A stretch of 64,000 nt of DNA, taken from an uncultured Phycisphaerales bacterium. Its GTDB lineage: Bacteria > Planctomycetota > Phycisphaerae > WQYP01. The position numbers and the translations under genes are program-made. Positions 22,801-30,447 of this stretch are shown here, piece after piece (the first letter of the stretch is position 1; the number at the start of each line of letters is the position of its first letter). The stretch spans positions 406,910 through 470,909 of the forward strand of contig CAVYBP010000002.1 of NCBI GenBank assembly GCA_963766775.1, written 5' to 3'. The notes under the pieces are model-generated. The model was given only the letters and a program-made list of their open reading frames with translations. It had not been told where the DNA came from and searched no databases.

Positions 22801-23565
22801 AACACCTATCAAGGCAACACCACCATCACCAGCGGAACCCTGCTAATCAACGCCGCCACGGCACTCCCCTCCGCCACCAACCTCACCATCGGAACCAACT
22901 CCACCTCCGCCGCCGTCCATTTCACCGCCAACATCGGTGCCTCTAAAATCAAATCCCTCACCCTCGCCGGCAACTCCCAAGTCGATCTCGCCAACGATCC
23001 CCTCATCATCGAAGCCCCCGACGCCGCCGCCAAATCCACCTTCCTCTCGCAACTTATCCAGGAAGTAAACACCGCCCGCAACAACAACGCCTGGAACGGT
23101 CCCGGAATCACAAGTTCCACCGTCGCCGCCAACCCCACCCAACTCTCCATCGCAATCGTCGACAACGCCTCCCTCCCCACGCCCTTCACCACCTTCGCCG
23201 GCCAATCCGTCGACCTCAACTCCATCCTCGTCGCCCCCGAACTCCTCGGCGACGCCAACATCGACGGCCACGTCGACCTCAACGACCTCAACACCGTCCT
23301 CAACAACCTCGGCACCACCAGCGGCGGCTGGATCCGCGGCGGATTCGACGGCCAACCCACCATCGACCTTAATGACTTGAACAACGTCCTCAACAACCTC
23401 GGCACCAGTTACGCCAACAGCAGCAGCGTCATCGCCGCCGAATCCCTTCTTGCCACCCCCGCCCCCGAACCCACCTCCCTAGCCCTCCTTGCCCTCGCCC
23501 CTCTCCTGCTCGCCCGCCGCTCCACACAGTGTCGTTTCCCCCGATTCAGCCCAGCACTAGCATAA
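19882..23565 (+). CDS. large surface protein: N-terminal Cys/His peptidase-like domain, autotransporter-associated beta-strand repeats, dockerin-like repeats, PEP-CTERM
   Basis: The ATG at 19882 gives ...LFAVAILPALLATPAFAQ. The N-terminal domain has NYCVPTSVTMSLSYLG and IDGHCVAL. GNLTLLSANTYSGNTTLQSGTLIA and GTLTLSGLNTYQGNTTITSGTLLI are beta-strand repeats. The C-terminus has DANIDGHVDLNDLN ... PEPTSLALLALAPLLLARR. Confidence 0.85.
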   Translation: MHCKRIPSPSAHPLIHSIAHTPPIPWSLFAVAILPALLATPAFAQFTDKTTTTPIDIQDGFGPVGDDLPYNGLNYCVPTSVTMSLSYLGVNGFNQLAPLAPTFADGLNLDRVMSGMMQTGATTGTAANPFVSAIQTYLAAKGISTANYTLTTYEAPTVSLLSSINTNQTVVDLVFGYYNTANVRIDGHCVALDNQAVNVQGQASPNTLVFNNPKPGTFTPLADTPAASLQYINMVPTSGNDTTDGALQLDTTQYPSFWGSTRVVLETAYALTINANQQSINNPTPSLWTLPGIAVLNTNGGLLNVIAPMTGPGGIYSVQPGTLELDAPDNTTGTNYGFGVTLKSTIASGTPFGTGTLQIQTTTLQLAPAPDPSDAAFTAASGPGQQLLYGGASTIALNRNTRTSLTLTLGGNVDTTTSNIIRSTNGTLLIAASDGTASLGSLDILTIAGTGANLPAVAHGIVTPSILAKDTDAGASADFLNYTSNGFIKATYQSSDITPLAAVSANTVYNVNTDVSVPANATAHLYALKVGSHNIAGGTSSTLDVGPQAAGQAGIILNGGSISTTNLNFGPAEGLIYTSLNGGTISSVIQGSAGITTFGPGNLTLLSANTYSGNTTLQSGTLIAANFSGNGSVTGSSAVIVNQTATLEIYGANAKAGGAGGTTINPNGTLLLNGGTLTGNLSMQPGSFLKGHGIISGSSTILGTIGGDNLPQNITFNGNVSMSNTTIYDWRLNALDDTPAHAGTNWSLLTFNGPSTILGTSTKPINFTIDLPSFLPDPNSGNLFWEQTHQWLIITASSLSTYYSGALPSFLQGYFSLPATLSIPQVSLTYTPFPAVSSTWTSGGSGSWSLTSNWANQTFAKHVGDTANFTTFSAPSTINLDGSWTLGNIHFQSPFILNIAPGANGMITLNNGNSDSLINNTGGAFTLSAPLTLFSSANFQTTNSTDSITLSGPITGPNSITSSGPGTLTLSGLNTYQGNTTITSGTLLINAATALPSATNLTIGTNSTSAAVHFTANIGASKIKSLTLAGNSQVDLANDPLIIEAPDAAAKSTFLSQLIQEVNTARNNNAWNGPGITSSTVAANPTQLSIAIVDNASLPTPFTTFAGQSVDLNSILVAPELLGDANIDGHVDLNDLNTVLNNLGTTSGGWIRGGFDGQPTIDLNDLNNVLNNLGTSYANSSSVIAAESLLATPAPEPTSLALLALAPLLLARRSTQCRFPRFSPALA

Positions 23566-23579
23566 AGAGACTGAGGCGT

Positions 23580-23608
23580 TTGCAATCGAATCCGGGGGTC
23601 TGTACAAT
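23580..23608 (+). promoter_or_regulatory. sigma70-like promoter for rpmB
   Basis: TTGCAA (23580-23585), a 17-nt spacer and TACAAT (23603-23608) lie about 30 nt upstream of the rpmB ATG. A gaaggaa RBS follows. Confidence 0.45.
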
Positions 23609-23637
23609 GCGTGGCTCGTTTTTGAAGGAATCATGCC

Positions 23638-23913
23638 ATGCCATATGAATGCGCTTACACTGGCCGTCGGACGAAGATTGGCCGTCAATGCACCTACCGC
23701 GGCAAAGCCAAGTATTTGGGCGGGGTCGGTATCAAGATTACGGGTCGCTCGTCCCGCAAGTTCAAGCCGAATCTGCAGAAGATTCGGGTTGTGATTGACG
23801 GGAAGGCGGAGCGGGTCTGGGCGTCGGCCAAGGCGATGCGGTCGGGTCTGGTGACGAAGCGGTTGCGCCGGTCGCAGACGTACAAGCATGTGAAGGCCGA
23901 AGCGAAGGCCTGA
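23638..23913 (+). CDS. rpmB: 50S ribosomal protein L28
   Basis: MPYECAYTGRRTKIGRQ...RKFKPNLQKIRV...VWASAKAMRSG fits the L28 pattern (GR..G...S......R.F.PNLQ). Confidence 0.85.
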   Translation: MPYECAYTGRRTKIGRQCTYRGKAKYLGGVGIKITGRSSRKFKPNLQKIRVVIDGKAERVWASAKAMRSGLVTKRLRRSQTYKHVKAEAKA

Positions 23914-23974
23914 ATGGGCGTTGGCGCGGCTTTTTAGAGTTGCTCGCGTTGACCGATAGTTAAAACTGACGTAC

Positions 23975-24001
23975 AAACGAGACCTTCGGGTCTCGTTTTT
24001 T
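23975..24001 (+). terminator. rho-independent terminator after rpmB
   Basis: aaacgagacc-ttcg-ggtctcgttttttt is a 7-bp GC-rich stem with a tetraloop and a T6 tail. Confidence 0.8.
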
Positions 24002-24034
24002 ATGCGCGACGTTTATTCGGGAAGGATCCACGCG

Positions 24035-24382
24035 ATGGCTACGGGAACGGTTGAGGCGGTAGGGGGGGGAGGGGGGGATCGGCTGGATGAGGCGCAGGTG
24101 CGGCATGTCGCGAAGTTGGCGCGGTTGAAATTGACGGATGCGGATGTGGCGCGGTATGCGACGCAGATCACGGCGATTCTTGGGTATGTGGCGCAGTTGA
24201 AGTCGGTGGATGTGGGAGCGACGGAGCCGATGGCGCATCCGCTGCCGTTGAACAATGTGCTGCGGGAGGATGTGGTGAAGCCGTCGCTGACGACGGAGCA
24301 GGTGCTGGCGAATGCGCCGGGGAGGGATGGGCCTTACTTCACGGTGCCGAAGGTGCTGGATAATGGGCTGGGCGGCGGTTAA
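24035..24382 (+). CDS. gatC: Asp/Glu-tRNA amidotransferase subunit C
   Basis: VRHVAKLARLKLTDADVARYATQITAILGYVAQLKSVDV...MAHPL is the GatC pattern. The start is chosen at ATG 24035, after the rpmB terminator. Confidence 0.85.
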   Translation: MATGTVEAVGGGGGDRLDEAQVRHVAKLARLKLTDADVARYATQITAILGYVAQLKSVDVGATEPMAHPLPLNNVLREDVVKPSLTTEQVLANAPGRDGPYFTVPKVLDNGLGGG

Positions 24383-24489
24383 TGGAAGCGAGACGGGCGG
24401 AGTGAAGGTCGCAGGGTCGACGGGTACGGGCGTTAGCGTGTACCCTTGTTAGACGTGGTTTCGTCCTTATCGTGGTAAAGGTGCCTGCA

Positions 24490-25113
24490 ATGATTAAACG
24501 AATGATTCCTGTGGCTTTGTTGGCGGCGATCGCGTTGGGCGGTTGTGCAAGCAAGCATTATCTGGATACGCAGTACACGCCGTACCGGGCGGACCTGACG
24601 GATCAGCCGATCGAGGTCAGTCACACGCCGCCAGCGGCGGCACCGGTGGAGGTGGTGAATCCGGATCCGAGCGGGGGAGCAAGCGCGACGCCGCCGGTGG
24701 AGGATGTGGTGACGGGAACGTGGACGTTCACGACGCCGCGGACGGTGACGCGGGTGGAGCGTAAGAGCGGGGATTTGGCGGAATTTTCTTTGTACAACGG
24801 TCGGCCTTCGGGGACTCAGACGCCGATGGTTGTCATCACGGTTGCGCCACCGGGGTCGGATACGGAAAGCCAGGCGACGAGCGATGGAGAGAAATACAAG
24901 GTTTCGGGCAGCCGCGATTATGTTTTGAATGGCAATCTTGCGAAAGAGTGGACCGGGCTTACGAGCAATGGTTCCGCGTTTTGTGAATTGATTGTGCGGC
25001 GGGCGGGCGGGAAGGGCGATGTGTGTCATGCGATGGCGGTTGCGAAGGATACCGAGGAGAGGAAAGCGGCGCTGGATATTTTGGGGAGCATCACATGGCA
25101 GGCGAGGCCGTGA
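24490..25113 (+). CDS. hypothetical lipoprotein
   Basis: MIKRMIPVALLAAIALGGCAS contains a lipobox (LGGC). The gene sits between gatC and gatA. Confidence 0.6.
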   Translation: MIKRMIPVALLAAIALGGCASKHYLDTQYTPYRADLTDQPIEVSHTPPAAAPVEVVNPDPSGGASATPPVEDVVTGTWTFTTPRTVTRVERKSGDLAEFSLYNGRPSGTQTPMVVITVAPPGSDTESQATSDGEKYKVSGSRDYVLNGNLAKEWTGLTSNGSAFCELIVRRAGGKGDVCHAMAVAKDTEERKAALDILGSITWQARP

Positions 25114-25253
25114 GGTGGAATGGTGAACGCTGAAAAGAGGCTGATGATTTGAAGAGGTGCTCGCGATCATGCGAGGTGCCCACGCTGCCTGAGGCAGCGG
25201 GCGTCGATTGCTTTGTCTGACTACCGGCCACATTTTCCAAAGGGTTTATCCTG

Positions 25254-26734
25254 ATGCTGTCCGATTTTTCCGCCCGTGAAGTGCGCGACCAGATTGCCGC
25301 AGGCAAGATTTCCAGCCGCGAGGCGACGCAATACTCGCTCGATGCGATCAGCAGATTGAATCCGGAACTGCATGCGTACAACAGTGTGTTTGCGGAGTGC
25401 GCGATGCAGCAGGCGGCGGCGGCGGATGCGCGGCGGGCGGCCGGCGAAAAGGGGGGCTTGCTGGCGGGGGTGCCGATCAGCATTAAAGACAACATGTGCA
25501 CCAATTACGGCACGACGACGTGCTCGAGCAAGATGCTGGAGCATTTTCATGCGCCATATACGGCGACGGCGGTGGAGAAGTTGGAAGCGGCGGGGGCGGT
25601 AATTCTTGGGAAGACGAATCTGGATGAATTTGCGATGGGGTCGTCGACGGAGAATTCCGCGTTTGGGCCATCGAAAAATCCGTGGAATGTGAAGTGTGTT
25701 CCCGGCGGGTCTTCAGGCGGTGCGGCGGCGGCGTGCGCGGCGCGGCTTGGGTTTGGCGGGTTGGGGTCGGACACGGGCGGGTCGATTCGGCAGCCGGCGT
25801 CGCTGTGCGGGATCGTCGGGTTGAAGCCGACGTATGGGTTGGTGTCACGGTATGGGCTGGTGGCGTTTGCGTCGTCGCTGGATCAGATTGGGCCGATGAC
25901 ATTGACGGTGGAAGACGCGGCGTTGTTTCTGCAGGTGATTGCGGGGCATGATGAGAAGGATTCGACGAGCTGGCAGGGAGGTGGGGAGCGGGGGGCGGAT
26001 TATTTGGCGGAGTTGAACACGCCGATGAAGGGGCTGCGGATCGGGTTGCCGAAGGAGTTTTTTGAGGTGGAGGGTGGGGGCATGGAGCCGGAGGTGAAGG
26101 CAGCGGTGGAGAAGGCGGTGCAGTGGTACAAGTCGCAGGGTGCGACGCTGGTGGATATTTCGTTGCCGTACACGCAGTATGGGATCGCGGCGTATTACAT
26201 TATTGCGCCGGCGGAGGCGTCGAGTAACTTGCGCGGTATGACGGGGTTCATTATGGTCATCGGACGAAATCGCCTGCGGATCTTTTTGATCTGTACGCGG
26301 CGTCGCGCGGGGAGGGATTTGGGGCGGAGGTCAAGCGGCGCATCATGTTGGGGACTTATGCGTTGTCGGCGGGGTATGCGGACAAGTTTTATTTGCAGGC
26401 GCAGAAGGTGCGTGCGCTGATCAAGAAGGATTTTGATGAGGCGTTTGAGAAGTGCGACGTGATCGCGGGGCCGACGAGTCCGACGGTGGCGTTTGAGTTT
26501 GGGAGCAAGGGTGATAATCCGTTGGCGATGTATTTGTGTGATGTGTTTACAGTGACATGCAACATCGCGGGGATACCGGGGTTGAGTTTGCCGTGTGGGA
26601 TTTCGAGTGCGGGGTTGCCGATTGGGTTGCAGTTGCTGGGGCCGGTGTTTAGTGAGAAGACGCTGCTGCGGATAGGGCGGCAGTATGAGGCGGGGCATGA
26701 GTGGGGGAAGAGGAAGCCGGGGGTTTGTGGGTAA
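25254..26734 (+). pseudogene. gatA: Glu-tRNA(Gln) amidotransferase subunit A with 1-nt deletion near 26228
   Basis: It carries the amidase signature GGSSGGAAAACAARLGFGGLGSDTGGSIRQPAS. After APAEASSNL the frame must shift to read [49 protein letters not shown] (the frame of ORF 26345..26734). The sequence has aacttgcgcgg where aacttggcgcgg is expected. Confidence 0.9.
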
Positions 26735-26823
26735 GGAGGGAGGGGTGGGAACCTAAAGTTGGCTCGTATGAAGATTGCTACTACCTGTCCGTAGGCAACA
26801 TGGTTGCATTCTAAGGACAACTT

Positions 26824-27510
26824 ATGACATTTCGGCACGTGGTGTGGGGAATCGGTACGTTTTTAGCAATGTTTGCGACAGCGAGTGCGACTGAACTGCC
26901 GGTGCAGCCGACTTCAATCTCACTCAGCGATCCGAGTTTGGTGGGACATACGTTAGAGAGCCGAACCTATTCTTTAACGAATGGTTCGCGAGGCGTTGGC
27001 GCTACGGTGATGGTCGATGAACGCATCGTGAGAGAAACATCGGGGACATTGGATTTCTATTTTCGAGCATTCGAAACGCCGGGACGCAGCGAGGCGCTCA
27101 CGTCGCTGTCCGTTCAATCAAGCTCGGTGGGTGTAGGGATTGCGGCGGAATATGCCAACGATGGACCTGGATCACTCATCCCTGCCGACTCCGTATCTCA
27201 TGACACAGGGGCGGTTGAATATCTATTTGCAGTGGATTATACGAATGGGTCTCCTCCCGGATTTCCCAGCACGCCTTCTCCGATCGCTAACTTTGATGCC
27301 ACCGGAACGCGCTGGCTGATTTTGCGAACTGATACCTCGAGCTACACGAATGGTACGATTGAGTTATTCGGGTCCGGAGGCGATTTCGGCTATTCGATTG
27401 GCTCGGCCACGGTGTTTGTCCCCGCAGCGGCCGGACTGCCGGAACCATTGTCGGTGGCTTTGCTTCCGCTGGCGGTGGGGGGGTTACTCGTGCGAATGCG
27501 GCGGCGTTAA
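26824..27510 (+). CDS. PEP-CTERM sorting-domain secreted protein
   Basis: It has a signal peptide (GTFLAMFATASA) and the C-terminal GLPEPLSVALLPLAVGGLLVRMRRR. Confidence 0.8.
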   Translation: MTFRHVVWGIGTFLAMFATASATELPVQPTSISLSDPSLVGHTLESRTYSLTNGSRGVGATVMVDERIVRETSGTLDFYFRAFETPGRSEALTSLSVQSSSVGVGIAAEYANDGPGSLIPADSVSHDTGAVEYLFAVDYTNGSPPGFPSTPSPIANFDATGTRWLILRTDTSSYTNGTIELFGSGGDFGYSIGSATVFVPAAAGLPEPLSVALLPLAVGGLLVRMRRR

Positions 27511-27601
27511 GGGATGGCGGGCGAATGAAGATGGATTGGGGGTCATCTCCGCGTTTGTAATTCCTGCTCGCGAGCGACATGTGATTTATTAGCAGAGGGA
27601 A

Positions 27602-27648
27602 TGCACCCGACAGGAGTCGAACCTGTAACCTTCTGATTCGTAGTCGAA
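27602..27648 (-). other. 3' fragment of tRNA-Arg(ACG): putative prophage attachment-site copy
   Basis: The minus strand reads TTCGA-CTACGAA-TCAGA-AGGTT-ACAGG-TTCGACT-CCTGT-CGGGTGC-A. That is an anticodon loop with ACG, a variable loop, a T-arm and the 3' acceptor strand. No D-arm or 5' acceptor strand lies upstream. Confidence 0.6.
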
Positions 27649-27801
27649 GGGGATATACACAGAATTCTCGGTTAATAATATCGGATTTAATATAAAACGC
27701 AACGGTGCTATGGTCGTGCTATGAGTTTTTTTGGAATTATGTTGCCGGAGCGGCGGGGGTGGTGGCATGATTTGTGGGGATTTTTGATGGAGAAGTTGCC
27801 G

Positions 27802-27993
27802 ATGCGATATTTACTTGCGTTCCTCTTTCCACCTTTGGCTGTCCTGTTGTGCGGAAAACCGGGTAAAGCATTTTTGAATCTCATCCTCACCTTGTGCTTT
27901 TATGTTCCTGGCGTCATTCACGCCATACTTGTCATTTCGGAAAAAAAGGCGGATGCCCGCACTGATCGTATCGTCAAGGCGATGGCGAAGTAA
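27802..27993 (+). CDS. YqaE/Pmp3-family small membrane protein
   Basis: MRYLLAFLFPPLAVLLCGKPGKAFLNLILTLCFYVPGVIHAILVI matches the family. A GGAGAA RBS lies 7 nt upstream of ATG 27802. Confidence 0.7.
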   Translation: MRYLLAFLFPPLAVLLCGKPGKAFLNLILTLCFYVPGVIHAILVISEKKADARTDRIVKAMAK

Positions 27994-29500
27994 TCTCACA
28001 CCACTTTCCATAATCGATCGCGACTGTCAATTGACCGCTGAGTATCCCCGCCCACGACTCCCAACACCTCCCCTTGTCTCCCGCTGTCTCACGCAACCGC
28101 TGATACCCCGCCTGCGCCATCCGCTGCCTCATGGCGTCGTCATAGGCGAGCATGGTGGCCTTCTCGGCGGCTTCGGTGGAGGTTTTGCACCGAAAGCCCG
28201 TCACTCCATTTTCGATGAGGTCAGGGAAGGCGTAATCGTCCTCGACAATCGGTATGACGCCGGCACTCCACGCCTCCAGCAGCACGCGGGGGTAGTTTTC
28301 CCGACTCCCGCCTGTTTGATGGATCATTGCATGGATGCGGGAGTAGAAGTCGGCTGCGGGCACACCCCCTGGCCCCCAGGTGAGCCAGTCCAGCCCCGGT
28401 GGCGGCGAGCCGCACTTACTTTTGGCCTTGTCTCCAAAGCCCAGCACGAACGCCTTGACGGGCTTGGGAGCTTTGACCGCGGCGAAGGTCTGCCACATAT
28501 CGGCGGGGTACTTGTTCGCATCGTCACGGCTGATTCTGCCGATGCCAAAGTAGCCCTTGTCACGGACCGGGTCGAAGACGAGCGGGTTGTCGCTGTCGAT
28601 CTTGTAGAACGGTTCATAGTCGAAGACTTTGACGGGCGCGATCGTCTCAAGCTCTGCGACAAGTTTATTGCGCTGGTAGGTTGTCTGGTATCCGAATTGG
28701 GTGATCTGCCCCCGGCGATGGGCTTCCTTCTCGGCGTCGAAAAGCCACGTCATGCAGTTGAACCAAATCACTTCCCTCGGCGGGGCATGTTGCCAAATCT
28801 CCGGCAACCGCTTTAGGAATTCGCCGCTGCAAAATGATACGACGATTCGATTGCGGAACACGCACGGGGAGTAGGGGACAGTCTCACAGCCGAGGCCGTC
28901 ACACAGCTTTCGCATTTCAACCGTCGGCGAGTTGAATGGCACGAGCACCACTCGCACCCCATAGGACCGCCACAGATACACCTGGTGGAGTAGTTCGGTG
29001 TCCGCGCCCCCGTAATGCCCCGGATACCCGCCGACGTAAATCTCCATTGCGGCCGGTTTGGACTCGATGGTGGGGAATTTGAGCTTCGGCCATTTATTGA
29101 GTAGGCACGCGGACTGGACAGGCTGGCCATCGGGGTAAGCGGCGTCAACAATCCCGAAGCGTTTGCGTATGTCGTTTTTCACACAATCGCACTGGTCGCA
29201 TCCGGCAATCGCACCGTCTTTGATGACGACGTGTTTGCACGAGTTGCATACTGCGGTCTGTGCCTCACTCAGCCCCGGCGAGTAAATGGGCAGACGATGG
29301 AGTTTAAGGTTGGCGACGTTCAGCATGTTGATGGGGCGGCTTGTCGCTTTTCGATCCGCCATTAGGGCATAGGCGGCGTCGGTCAAGTAGTAAGTGATGT
29401 CAGTGTCGCGTTCCTTATCGCGCAAACGCAATGCAGCATCCAAATACCATGGATGCTTTCGATTCTCTTTCTCTACATGCTGTTTCAGAATGTGTGGCAT
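27974..29500 (-). CDS. GT-B fold (GT4-like) glycosyltransferase with Cys-rich N-terminal region
   Basis: GGSRENYPRVLLEAWSAGVIPIVEDDYAFPDLIENGVTGF resembles the GT4 E-x7-E region. The N-terminus has CNSCKH...CDQCDC. The start overlaps the upstream stop (TAATG). Confidence 0.7.
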   Translation of the reverse strand: MPHILKQHVEKENRKHPWYLDAALRLRDKERDTDITYYLTDAAYALMADRKATSRPINMLNVANLKLHRLPIYSPGLSEAQTAVCNSCKHVVIKDGAIAGCDQCDCVKNDIRKRFGIVDAAYPDGQPVQSACLLNKWPKLKFPTIESKPAAMEIYVGGYPGHYGGADTELLHQVYLWRSYGVRVVLVPFNSPTVEMRKLCDGLGCETVPYSPCVFRNRIVVSFCSGEFLKRLPEIWQHAPPREVIWFNCMTWLFDAEKEAHRRGQITQFGYQTTYQRNKLVAELETIAPVKVFDYEPFYKIDSDNPLVFDPVRDKGYFGIGRISRDDANKYPADMWQTFAAVKAPKPVKAFVLGFGDKAKSKCGSPPPGLDWLTWGPGGVPAADFYSRIHAMIHQTGGSRENYPRVLLEAWSAGVIPIVEDDYAFPDLIENGVTGFRCKTSTEAAEKATMLAYDDAMRQRMAQAGYQRLRETAGDKGRCWESWAGILSGQLTVAIDYGKWCEITSPSP

Positions 29501-30447
29501 TATGGTGGCCCCGCCACAATGGTGAGTGTTCCGGTCACGTTTACACCTGGGTCAGGATCAATTCCGCTATAGGTTGTCGAAAGGACACTGTAGGCACCTG
29601 TTGGGTCGCGCCTGTTTGACCCGCCTTTAAGCACTACGGCCCACGACGAATCAACGTCACCAAACGGGAAGCCGGGGCGGGGTCCGGGGCGGCTCAACGT
29701 CGTATGCGCATACCAATTGCAATCGGTGTTCGACCAGGCAAATTGCACCACCGATGCGATAAAAAATCCGGGAGAGCCAGTGACTTTCAAATCCGGAAAA
29801 TCATAGGGGGGACCGGGCCCTCCAAGATGGCCATAACCGGGGTCTGAGTCGTATTCAAAAAGACAATTGATGTCTCTGCCAGTCAAAGGACCCACGGTAT
29901 CGCTTGCGGTCGGGGCGTCGGTTTGACCGTCGAGGGCGAGGGTCAGCCCGCTCACTGCATGGTATTGAGTATTTTGCGGGTCACATAGGCAAATGCAGAT
30001 CGCACATGTGGAGGCTGATTGATGCTCATAGCTGGAGTCCAATGCAGGGTTACTGACGGCACTAATGATGCACTTATAACAATCGCCATTTTTTAACTGA
30101 ACGACTTGACCAACGCCGACACCGACATAGTACCCACTCAGTAACCCGCCCCCTTCGCAATTTTGCATGTCCAGAAAAGCATTGGGTCCGAATGGGTTTG
30201 AACTCGATGAAGTGGAGGAGGAAGACGATGACGAGGAGCTACTGGAGGAGGAGCTTGAAGAACTGGAGGAGGAAGATGAGCTGGAGGATGAGCTGTCGCT
30301 ACTGCTCGTGCTTCCGCTGTCGCTCGATGAGGTCGAATCGGAAGACGATGATGATGTAGAGTCCGATGAACTCGACGAGGTACTGGTACTCAGACCGCAG
30401 CACGTTGCGGTTGCTGACGAACTGCAATTTGGAATTGTGGGGCGCGA
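29500..30447 (-). CDS. poly-serine tract plus Cys-rich C-terminal domain (probably the 3' part of the 30390..31490 gene)
   Basis: The listed ORF 29500..30168 starts at the first ATG, but the frame is open to 30447. The open part encodes about 85 Ser-rich codons, including 27 consecutive Ser. Confidence 0.6.
   Translation of the reverse strand, partial: SRPTIPNCSSSATATCCGLSTSTSSSSSDSTSSSSSDSTSSSDSGSTSSSDSSSSSSSSSSSSSSSSSSSSSSSSSSSTSSSSNPFGPNAFLDMQNCEGGGLLSGYYVGVGVGQVVQLKNGDCYKCIISAVSNPALDSSYEHQSASTCAICICLCDPQNTQYHAVSGLTLALDGQTDAPTASDTVGPLTGRDINCLFEYDSDPGYGHLGGPGPPYDFPDLKVTGSPGFFIASVVQFAWSNTDCNWYAHTTLSRPGPRPGFPFGDVDSSWAVVLKGGSNRRDPTGAYSVLSTTYSGIDPDPGVNVTGTLTIVAGPP

Noticed and set aside
27602-27720. 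Complete tRNA gene
   Set aside because: Only the anticodon loop to the 3' end is present. The sequence upstream has no D-arm or 5' acceptor strand, so it is treated as an att-site fragment.
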